In this document: piece after piece, positions 23,293 to 35,200 of the stretch
Numbering within the stretch: the first letter of the stretch is position 1
Layout: every line of letters begins with the position of its first letter
DNA from: Thermoanaerobaculales bacterium
GTDB taxonomy: Bacteria > Acidobacteriota > Thermoanaerobaculia > Thermoanaerobaculales > Sulfomarinibacteraceae
NCBI GenBank assembly: GCA_024763555.1
Contig: JANTFG010000001.1
Span: 1-55,271 of the forward strand
Direction: 5' to 3'
Length of the DNA stretch: 55,271 nucleotides
The notes under the pieces: model-generated
What the model was told of the DNA's origin: nothing
Databases searched by the model: none
Seen by the model: the letters and a program-made list of their open reading frames with translations, nothing else
Position numbers and translations under genes: made by a program

Positions 23293-26200
23293 GAAGAGTT
23301 TTCTTACCGCTGTTGGTTTTCGCTCTTGTCGTCACGCCGGGCTCTCTTGCGTGGGCCGCCGGCGATTCGTGCGTCGTCAGTCCCGAGGAATTGGCGAGAT
23401 CGTACTCAAATCATCCGGAAAAGGTGACCCAATCTGGGCTGGGCAGTTGGATCGACGGCATCTATGTCCTTCCATACACCTATCCGGGCACCTACGACAA
23501 AATTGTCGGCGGCAGCTTGAATTCGGCGCCGCGACGGTGGGTTTCGCAAAGCTTCTTCGAGGACAGCCCCGATGCCTACGATTTTGTCGTCATCGTCACC
23601 AATTTCGAATGGGACGCCACCGCCGGCGTGGCAGGGTTCCATATCGGTGTTGCAAACGAAGTTCGAGGTATCGGGTTAGAGGTTTTTGATCAGAGTCAGT
23701 TGTGGGGAAGTGAAAATCTCCAGGGATACATTGATATTCGCTGGCTTTCAGCCTACATCCGGGAGGACGGGAGTCTCGACTCTGAATTCCTAAATGCGCT
23801 CCTCAATCATGAGGTCGGCCATCAGTGGCTGGCTCGAGCCCAGTTCCTCGATGGCGGTACGCCCTCGGATGCCCTCTTGGGAGTAGACGGCGTCCACTGG
23901 AGCTATCTCCTGGATTCGGAGGCATCCTACATGTATGGCTCCGAATGGACCGACAACGGAGACGGAATTTTCACCGCCACCAAGATCAGGGATCGCTACA
24001 GTCATTTGGATCTCTATCTGATGGGGATGCTGGCTCCTGAGGAGGTGCCCGATTTCACATTATTAGTCAATCCTTCGATCCCAAGCGACGGTTACCCCGG
24101 TTTGGGAGACACGATCGAAGCGACCCCTCGGTCAATCAGCGTCTTTGATGTCATCGGGGCGGAGGGCCCGAGGATTCCGGACTGGCGGCAGGCTCAACAC
24201 GAGTTCCGGGTGGGCATGATTTACCTCGTGGATCCAACTATTCCTGTCATGTCGGAAGACATTGAGCGCCTCAACGACATTCGTGCGTCGTGGGAGGAGA
24301 GCTTCTTTCGGCAGACGCGTGGGCGAGGGGTTGTCGATGTCGCGGAACCATCCGATATGCCGGTGGGCGGATCATCCGTTGACCTGACTGAGGCCGTCAA
24401 CTGGTTGGTCTCCATCGGCGCCGGGGGAGTCTGGCGCGATTCACCGACCACCTGGGTCCGGGAAACTGCGGAAGCAATTGCGGCGCTTGATCGAATTGGA
24501 GGTCACGGAGATATCGTCATCAACGGCCTCGAGAACCTGGAGAACGAAACTCCGGTCGCGACCGAGTTGGTCGCCAGGCGCCTTCTTGCCCTGACCCGGC
24601 AAACAGGCGCAGACCTTTCGACGCCGGTCGAAACGCTGGCAGCCAAAATGAAGGCGAGCGGTGGGTGGCCTGCTTTTCCGAGGTACCTTCCCGACTTCAT
24701 CACGACGGCGAGAGCCGTCCGGGCACTGGATGCGGCAGGGGCGGTTGATATCGCCTCCGAGGGCTGGTCGTGGCTGGCGTCTTTGCAAAATCCCGATGGC
24801 GGATGGGGGTGGCAGGAAGGCTTGGGGAGCACGACCCTTGCGACTGAAGAAGTCCTTCTGGCTGCTCAAAGGCTCTTCCCGGACGACTACTGGAATCTTC
24901 CGGCCGTTCAGACGGCGGTTGCATGGCTGCTGGACCACAGGGCGGATGGCGGATTTGGGGAACCCTTTCCGAATACCGAGGCGACGGCACAGTTCCTCCT
25001 CCTCAGTGAGGGGCAGGCCATCAATCAGGTGATCACTCAAGAAGCCGTTGATTTTCTCAAAGTTCGTCAGCAGCCGAACGGCAGTTGGTCGTCGAGTGCT
25101 CATTCGACCGCTCTGGCCATCAACGCATTGGCCTCCTATGCTCTTCCGGACCCGTTTGTCGATGAGGCCCGGGTCTTTGCCGATCCTGAACAGCCTTTTG
25201 ACGACGAGGAGATCGAGTTGTTAGTCGAAATTCGGAACCTCGGGCTTCCGCTCGAGGCGGGAACGCCCTTCCAGTGGGAGGCACGTCTCGCCGACAATCC
25301 CCAGGTGTTGGTCTGGCTGGAAAGCGGCGAACTTCCTGCGGTGGACGATATCGGTTTTGTCACCCTGGGAACGACGATATCCCCGAATCTTCCGGAGGGT
25401 GTCTACGAAATCCGTTTTGTCATCGATCCCAATCGGGAGGTTCCCCAACGGGAACGCTCGAACGATGTAGGGACGGTTCGCCTTGAGGTCCGTTCACATC
25501 CGGACGGTGTCGATCTTCAGCTGACGGACGCCGACCTCAGCCTGGATCCAACGGACATTTCCTCGATACCACAGCCCCTCACCGTAAACGGCATGATCCA
25601 CAATCTTGGTCTTTCCGATGCGACGGCTGTGGTTCTTCGAGTCTTCGATGGCGACCCGGCCGACGGGGTCGTTCTGGGAGAAACAACAGTCGCCGTACCG
25701 GCTCTTGGCCTGAGTGCATTTTCCGTCCCGGCGGTTGTGACCGAGGCCCGCTCGATGACGATCACCATCGTGGCCGATCCTGATCGTTTGACCGACGACA
25801 GTTTTCGCTTTAACAATACTGCTTCGCGGGTTCTACCATTGCTTCATCGGATCGATCTTGAGGTCCTTCCCGGTTCCTTGAACGCCACACCGCCGACGAT
25901 TGTGGTCGGCGAGGACCAGATGCTCGAGGCCGTTATTCGCAATGCCGGAACGGTGGCGGTATCTGATTTCCATGTCATCTTTTCGTATGAATGGGGTACG
26001 CCCGCCGCTCTGTTTCCCATTGAAGACCTGATCGTGACGGAGACATTGGCGCCTGGTGAGACCATCATGGTGTCGGTCGATTGGTCTCCCAACGTTGGCG
26101 GCGATCCGTTGCCGATCCAAGTCGATGTCGATCCCAATGGTGATACCGGTGATACGGACCTCTCGAATAATCGTGCCCGCTTGAATCTGACGGTCCCGCC

Positions 26201-29200
26201 GAGTGATTTGCCCAATTTGGTCATCGGTCCGGAGTCCTTTATTCTGACGCCCGATCCGCCGCTTCAGGGGGCACTTTGTCAGATCGGTGTTGTGATCGCG
26301 AATCCCACCATCAATGCCGCAGGACCCTTCGAGGCGCAGTTGTGGCTGGACGCTGTGGGGACCGGGATCCTCTTGGGATCCGAGTCCTTTGCCGGCATCG
26401 GCGCAGGCTCGACGGTTCAGATGAATTTGGTTTGGGATGTTGTCGAACCCGAGGATCGTCTCCTCTATGCTGTCGTCGACGTCGACGGCGTCGTCGTCGA
26501 GTTCAGGGAAGACGACAATGAGGCCTTCATCGAGCCCGATGTGCAAACCCTGCCGGATCTGGTTGTCACCGGTGGCGGGATCTCGTTTCTGCCGTCATTC
26601 CCCAAGGTTGGGGATGTGGTTCATTTCGAGGTGCTCTTGGGGAATCAGGGCGACCAGGCAAGTTCGGCAACCCTGCTTCAGCTGGTGAGTACCCAAGACA
26701 GCGTCATCGACAGCACTGCCGTCCCTGCGATGGAGGGACACACGGAGATGACTCTCGGTCTCGACTGGGAGACCGGAACCTTCATGGGCGACGCGGCCTT
26801 GACGGTCCGCGTCGATTCTTCCGAGACTGTCATTGAGCTATTCGAAGACAACAACGAAGCCGGCGTCACGGTTGGCGTTCAGGATGCGGATATCTTTTTG
26901 TCCAACCAGATCTTTTCACCCAATGGAGACGCCGTCAAGGACACCACGACGATCTTCTACCGGGCGGGCGGCGAAGTTGAAATTCAGACGGTCGAGGGCC
27001 GGTTGGTGAGAAACCTGGTTCCGGAGAATGGTGAGGAATACATCGTATGGGATGGTCTGAGCAATCGTGGCAATCCGGCGCCCGACGGGCTCTACACCGT
27101 AACCGCGGGGGAGACGTCTTCGTGGGTGGTTGTCGATACCAACCACTACGCCATTACCAACGAGTTGGAACAGCGCCTCCTCGTCGGTTTCCTCCAACCC
27201 AGGGTTCCCGGACAGGACCGTCCCTGCAGTTGGAATCCGGATTGTAATCTTGAGCGGAGCTGGTTCACCTCGATGACCGGTTCTCCGGTCTCCGAGGAGA
27301 TCTACCTGGTCGAGCGCTACCACGCCGAGGGAACCGCATTTGATGAGGATACCTATTCCCTCTGGATGTTCGCCGCCGATCAGATGGTCGAGTTGGGTGA
27401 ACTTCCGGAGAACCTGAGCCTATTTGGGGTCGATGCCTCGGGTTCCCGATTTGTTGTTTCGGGGGGGGAACCATATCGTCTACTCAGGGTTCCGGAAATG
27501 ACGCTTGAAGACATTACTTCTCAGGGTGGATGGGGATCCAGTCCCTGGATCTCACCGGACGGCCTTTGGCTCTTATGGGTATCGAGAAATGACGATACGG
27601 TGTACCTCGACAGCCTTGACAACTCTGGGGAGACCTACAGCTTCAACCCGGAAGGCGTTGACGACGGATCGATTTGCGGCTATTCAGTATTCTGGACCCC
27701 CAGAGGGGAAGCAGTCGTTTCTCTCAAGACCTGGAATAATTCGGGATATTTCTATCGCATTTCGACCACGACGGAACCACCGAGCGCATCAAGCATCCAG
27801 GCCCAGGGCTGGAACGGGAGTTGTGGTGGTGGCGGAATACCATCGACGATCGAAGATGTTCAGGCAGGGGATCCCGACCTGAACGCCAAGAGCGAGGTTG
27901 GAGGCGATGGCGAAATCTTGGAAAGTGGTCTTGATTTCGATCAGGACACGTTGACCTGGTTGACCCTCGAGGGCGGTGGATACGGAGGCTACGGCGGATA
28001 CGGGGAAGCAGGCGGCTATGGTGGCTACGGAGGCTCCGAATTGTCCGCGTCGATCTTTGCCCTTGAAGACGGCGCCGCCGGCGAGTCCGGCAGCTCAAAC
28101 CTCGGATGGTCAGAGTGGTCCGATGTCTACTATTCGCTGTCCAATGACGGTGACATGTACACCGTTTCGTGGAGCGAGGGTTATAAATCTGAAGGATCGG
28201 CTCAACCGGCTGGAGGATCCGATCTTTCGGGCGGCGCCTATATCTGGTTGGATTCGGCCCAGGAAACCGGCCGGGACCCGAAAGCCTGGTCCCCTGTTGA
28301 TCAGTACCTGACGAACTGGCGGACCGAAGAGGTTCGGGGCCTGCCCCTGCGCATGGATGACACCCTGTGGACTCCACCGGACACCTATATCGTCGGTAAC
28401 CTCAATACGGCTCAGCAGTATTACGGTGACCAACTGCCGTATTTCACGCCGGCCGCCAATCTCAAGATGCGGGTCAAGCCCCGCGTACTCTTCGGTGACG
28501 GCGGGGTCGATCTGTGGCTTTTGGCGACCGACCGCTACCTTGAGAGTTTTTTGTTGGAGTATTCCGACCTCGATGTTGATCCTGATGTCTATTTTCCGAT
28601 AGGTCTGCCGTCAAATGAGGCGCTCTATAACGAGCGGTGGGGAACTTGGCTGCCTCCGGGGAACGGCCGGTACCGCGTTCGTCTGACGGGGACCGATCGT
28701 GCCGGTAATCAGCGCTCAGACTCGCGCCGAGTGACCTGGAATGGTGACAACGACATTGCGAATCTCTACACAGAATCGCGGTATCTATCGCCGCGGTCGA
28801 GCATTGGCATCAAGGACACACTGATCTTCCATTACACGGTGTTGCGTCCGGCCAACCTGGTGTTTTTTATCGTTGATTCTGATGGTGAGACCGTCAAAGA
28901 GATCAACGTTGCCGCCGACGAAATAGGCCAGAAGACGACGACCTGGGACGGTACGGATTCGTTTGGGAACCCCGTTACTGACGGGGAGTACCTCCTGGCA
29001 TATGGCGAAGCCTCCTGGCCCGTGATCGTCGACAATGCGGCGCCGTCGGCAACCCTTCGTATTGAAGCTACAGGATACGCGAGGGAGACCAGAGAGGTCG
29101 TCGATGAATACGGACAGCCTATTCTTGATGCCGATGGAAACCCGACCTGTGTGTCATCAAGCAAGGACGAATACCTCAACGAGGTCTTCGGGGCGGTCGA

Positions 29201-32200
29201 CGACTCCAATTTGATGGATTGGGAATACCAGGTCCTGGTCGATGAAGCCGAGGATCTCTGGCAGACGCTGGCTTTAGGGACGGAACCGGTCGGCGCAGGG
29301 TCGGAGGTGCTCCGAGGACGCTACGCTGCGGATTGGTTTGTCAATCGCAGGATTCGCTATATCGCTCATGACTTGGCCGGCAACGAGACCATCACGGAAG
29401 CAAGCTATCGCAACGAGATGCTCGTCTTTACGGATTCCGAGCCCTCGTGTCGCCGGGCTCTTCATCCGTGTCTCTACCCCGACCGTCCGGAGCTTGAAAA
29501 TTTGATGGACGGTGGAGGATTGTTCGAGTCTGCCGCCCCCCTGATTCTCAACCCATTTTATGACACTCTGCTGGTACAGGATTCCGTTTGGACAGAGAGC
29601 CTCGACCTCCGGCTGGAATACCGCGAAGCCAGTCTTGCTGGTGTACCTGCCGGACCCTGGATTGAGGGTACAATCGATGTCGCTCCGGATCCCGTGGGGC
29701 GCGGATTCGAGACTCTGGGGTGGCCCTTTGACCTGGAATGCCCCGATACGGAGAGGGTTCCGAATGCCGGGCTGACGGTCCTGTACTGGGACCATCCGAC
29801 CCTGCCCCAGATGCCGGTTGAGGTGAGGCTGTCGGCGACCAATGACGACGGTCAAGAGATCGTCAGCCCGACCCGCCTCTTCTATCCGGAGATGCCTCTG
29901 ACGCTTCAGCATATCGATGTGGACTCTCGGGGCGATATCCTCCTTTTGACCAACGTCAGTGATGGGGTCGTGCGGAATCCCGTTCTCCAGATTCGAAGGA
30001 TCGAGTTGACAAGCAACGGAATCATCATCCGCTGGGAGACCCTGATGTCCATCGTTGATCGCCTCGGCCCTGGTGAAATAGCCGAGTTTTCGACCGGATG
30101 TCTCTTGGTCGAGGAGAGCGAAGAAATCCTCAGAGCGGCCGGAACGGGAGGCTTTGGAGGTGAGGCTCTCTCAACCCTGGCGCAGGTGCCGTTCAGGGAA
30201 GGCTACAGCACACTGGGTTCAGCTTTTGGGTTTGTGTCCGGCTCGTGCCCCTCGGGTTCGGGGTCGGGTAGTGGCCTTTTCGACAACTCCTGTGGTGACG
30301 GACCTTGGGTTCAGGGCTGGGTCAACAACGGGACATCGGCGGTGGCTCAAGGCCATGTCGCACTGGATCCCGTTGGTGTGTCTTTCTTGAGTTATGAGCT
30401 GCTCGTCGATGGGCAACCCTTCCTGAGTGTTCCAGGACCTCTTCAGTCGGCCGATTTCACCGACGAATTGGATCTTTCTCGGTTATCCGAAGGTCAGCAT
30501 GCTGTGACCGAGCGCTACACCTACCCCGGTGAGGCCGGCCTGCTTGGACAGTGTGAACGGAGCTTCCCGTTGACGATCGATAGACTTCCGCCCGTGCTTG
30601 GGATCACCGAGCCTTATGACGGTGCATTGATCTGTCCCGATGACGCCACGATGGCCGTGACCTTGGCCGACCAGGACGCAACCCCCGGTCGTCTGCAGAA
30701 GGTGTTCCTGGACGGTGGTCTCAGGAAGTCTTCGGGCGTTGGATGTCCGGGATTCAACGGAGGGGACGGGGCGACCTACACCATCGATGGACTCTACCAG
30801 TTGCAGCCGGGCTGGCACGAGATCGGCGCACAATCGATCGACAGGGCGGGTTTCGCCTCCTGTGCGACACCCATCAATGTCTATGTTCCGGATCTTCCAC
30901 ATATCGTGGCGACACAACTACCGTGGTTCGGCTATCCACGCCATAAGTCCGTATTCTCTCCCTTGAATACGATGGACCGAGCACTGGTTGAGACAATCGA
31001 CTTCACGACCAACACCCCCGGAACCTGGTCGGTCTCTATTGAAAGAGCCGGTGTTGTTTATCAGAGTACTTCCGGCGAGCTTTCGGCCCCCGACGAGTTG
31101 GTCGAGATCATTTGGGACGGAACGGATCCTTCAGGCGCCCTGGCCGAGAATGGATTCTATTTCGCCCACATCACAGCCAGATCCCCCTGCGGCGCCGAAG
31201 ACACGGCCCGTGTGAATTTTGAGTTGGATGCAACCCCGCCGACTCTGGTCGTCAACGAACCCCTGAGTGGTCTCGAGGCCGGGGCGGTCGTCGAGGTCAT
31301 CGGTGAGGTTTGGGACAGTCAGGGGAATTTCCAGCATGCCGCAGTTGAGATCATGTACCTCGACGGCGGCTTGGGGGAATGGGAAGTCGTCGATGGTCTG
31401 GATCGTGAAATCAAGGGGGAACCGGGAGTCATCGGAACATGGTCGCCACGCACACGCGAAGCCGGGAACTACCTCTTGAGAGTGAGGGCCTGGGATCTGC
31501 CGGGCAATGTCACGATCTCTCCTTCGATCGACATCTTGGTTCCCGAGGTTGATCCGCTGATCGAGTTTGTCGATCGCGAACCGGGACTCTTCTCGCCCAA
31601 TTCCGACGGCATATTGGATACGACCGAGATTACTTTTGGTCTTTTCCAGGAAGCCGTCGTCACATTGCAGATCGTCGACCCGGACGCCGGAGTCGTTCGT
31701 ACGCTGATCGATCAGCAGACCCTTCCGGTGGATACCCTTCTCTCGACTCAAGTGTGGTCCGGCGAAGGTGACTCAGGTGTGACCGTCCCCGACGGCCAAT
31801 ACCATGTCGTCGTGTCGGCCGGAGATCCGGCAATTCCGCCGGTCATTCCTCCTGAACAAGAGCGACTGACGGTGGTGGTTGATACCATCCCTCCGGTCAT
31901 CGAATTGACCTCTCCGGCCGAGGGCGCCCTGGTGCCCTTACCCCTGGAGTTGATCGGCAGCCAGGTCGAAATTCATCCGGAACTGTGGACATTAACTCTG
32001 ACGGGTCCCGAGGTTGACGGGCTCGTCATCGCAACGGGATCGGGCGCTTATGATTCCCGAATTCTGACGATTATCGAGGATGGCGATGTCGTCGATGGCG
32101 ACTATGTCCTCGTATTTGATGCGATTGATGCCGCAGGGAATCAGGCCTCGTTGGTTCGGCGTTTCACGATCGACAATACCCTGCCCGTGGCGGAGATCCT

Positions 32201-35200
32201 GTTGCCCGAGGTCGGCACGGTGGTCAATACCCTCAATGAGCCGCTCAGTTTGCACGGTGAGGTCTTTGACGAGCATCTTCGGGACTGGACATGGGCCTAT
32301 GCTCCGGGGCTGACCCCGGATTTCTCGGACTTCGACTTCTTCCGTTCGGGAACTCCCACCGAAGTTGGCGGCGCCGTAGATCTCTTTGCCTGGGATGCTT
32401 CGAATCTCCCGGACGGTGACTACACTCTGCGCTTTTCCGGCACCGATGTTTTGAACCAGGAGGGTGAAGCCCGCAGTCCGTTCATCGTCGACAATACGCC
32501 CCCGGAGGTGGCGATTACTCAGCCGGCGCCGGGCGCCGTCATCGCCGATCCTCTGGAAATTCTGGGTTCAGTCGCAGATGAACGTTTGAAGAACTGGACT
32601 CTGAGCCTGATTCCGGGCCAGGACATTCCGATGCAGGTTGGCAGCGCCCCCGCCAACGGCGTACTGACCGAGTGGATTCTCCTGCCGCCGGACGGCGCCT
32701 ACACCCTGCTCCTTGAAGCCGAGGACATGGCAGGAAACCGCTCCGAGGTCAGTGTCGATGTACAAATCCAGGTGATGCCTCCATCACCGCCGGTGATTGT
32801 CAGCGCGGACGTCACCGACAGGACCGACGTGGCCCTGGCCTGGGTGCCCGGCCCGGGTCCTGAACCCGAGGCCTACAATGTCTACCGCGACGGTGTATTG
32901 ATAACGCCGGTTGCAATTGACGAGACCAATTGGCTTGATGCCAGCCTGGGTACCGGAACCTACGTCTATACCGTCAGGGCTCTGTCCCAAGCGGGCGTGG
33001 AGACCGAGGATTCCAACCCGGCAGAGGTTGAGATCGACCTGCGGCCTCCTCTGGCCAATATTGTCTTACCGGTGGACGGCGCCAGGGTCGCCGATTTGGT
33101 TTCCATTTTCGGAACGGCCTCTCGTGATACAGCCTTCGGAGGCTGGCGTCTGTGGGCAACCTTCATGCCTTCGGGCGCGCCGGTCCTGCTCGGCGGAGGC
33201 AGTGCCCCGGTCGTGACCGATCTGTTGACTGTCTGGGATACGTCCCAGCCTGCCTGGGTTGAAGGGCCCTATGAACTCCGACTCGAAGCGTGGGATATTT
33301 TCGGCAATACGGCGGTTGATGTCATCAATGTTGAGGTCGACAATACGCCGCCGACGGTTCCTGTCTTGACTGTGGCATTTTCTCAGGCACTCGATCCCGA
33401 CATGACTGTCGACGACATTCATGTCGAGTGGACCCTCACCCCGACACCTCCGGATCTGGCAGGTTTCTACCTCTATCGGAACGGCCAACTGGCCAATGCT
33501 CCGGGACCGGTTCTTGGCAGTCCGGCGCCGTTCTTGATCACCGAGACCAACTATGACGATCGGGATTTGCCCGACGGCACTTACATCTACTTTGTCACTG
33601 CAGCAGACACTGCAGAAAACGAGTCCGGCGCTTCCAACGAGTCTGATCCGATCGTTATCGACACCCGTCGTCCTCACGCAGTGATTACCGATCCTGCAGA
33701 TGGATCGGAGTTCGAACACTCGACGCCCGTGACGGCCGAGTGTGAGGATCTCGATGTTGAGAGTGTGGTCTTCGAGTACATGCCCGAGGGTGGATCCGTG
33801 TGGACGCCCATCGGATCGCCGCTGACAAGTCCATCCCCCTGGACGATCGACTTCGAGCCGGGCGCCTCCGGGCTCTATCATATTCGTGCGGTGGCATCCG
33901 ATGCCCTCGGGGCCGATCCGGCGCCCGAATCGGTCGCCTTGACCGAGACCGATCTTCCTCCTGAGCGGCCGGAGGACCTGTCCCTGGCGATCGACGGTGG
34001 GGATATCCACCTGGAGTGGAGCCCGGTTGCCGACCCCTTTGGAGACCTCGCCGGATACCGCGTGTATCGAGACGGTACCTTGTTGACGCCGACGCTCTTG
34101 CCGACGGACCAGTTGGAGTTCGACGACCCAGGTCTGACTGATGCCTACTACAACTACCGGGTTGCCGCCGTCGACGATGCGGATCATGAGGGGCCACAGG
34201 CCTCGGTAGGGGGATGGGTGAGAACGCCCCAGTTCGACTGGGTCTTCCCGGTGACCCCGGCAAACACCATGGTCCTCGAGGCCCGTTCGGATACCTATTT
34301 CAACCAAGTGGAGTTTGAGAGACTTGCGGACGTCGGCGATTGGGAACAGATGGCATCCTTGCCCTTTGACGGGCCGCTGGTAGCATACCCATCGGCCTCT
34401 CCGGCCTATGGTTTCAATATCTACCGAATGCGTGGATCGGACCAGGACGGGAATCGGAGTCATTGGTCGACGCCGTTGATTATCGTTCGGCACGATCCTC
34501 CGATCGAGCCTACCAACGTTGGTGCAACGGCGGCCGGAAACGACGTCCAGGTGGATTGGGATGCTTCGGTTGACCCGGATCTGTCTGGATATTTGGTCGG
34601 ACGGGACGGGGCACTGATCAGCGATAGCCCAACCGCATTCCCCTATAACGCCGGAACTCAGCAGTTGATCGCCTCGGGCGGAGCTCTTGCCGATTGGGAA
34701 ATGGTTGTTGATGGCAACGATGCCACAGCATGGTATCCCGACGCTGAGACCGCCGGGGCTGGTCCCTCCTGGCAATGGACCTGGAACGATTCTGTTGCCC
34801 TGGAGACTGTGCGCGTCGCCTGGATGGGTGGCGCCTATGCCAGACGTTTCTCCGTTGAAGTCGAGATCGACGGCCACTGGTTGTGGTGGTATTACGCCGA
34901 GAACAACTGGTCGACCGAAACTCTGGTCGATCTTGGGATCGAAGCGACAGGGGTGCGTCTCAGTGTGCCTCCCGGGACATACTGTTCTTCATGTGCCTTG
35001 GCCGAGATCACTCTTGCGGGCGTTGATCATCTGCAGACCAACCAGTACACCGATCCGGACCTTCCGGGTCAGGCTTATGAGTACGGCGTCCGTAATCTCA
35101 ATCGTTGGGGTCAGGAATCTCCGGAGGCTTCAGTTTCAGTTCAAATTGGTGGAACCGCATTGGCGCCGCCCGAGAACCTTCAGGCGAGTCCGGCATCGTG

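Noticed and set aside
24385-25140. Alpha-2-macroglobulin-type thioester domain
   Set aside because: The toroid-like repeats are present, but I found no CxEQ thioester motif in or near the region.
33066-34877. 603-aa minus-strand ORF inside the giant gene
   Set aside because: It is antisense to an uninterrupted, motif-rich frame (FN3 and Ig-like modules). Its translation is Arg/Gly/Pro-rich and featureless. The same reasoning applies to 25833..26546, 29274..29912, 31131..31751, 37734..38525, 43052..43915 and 44216..45055.
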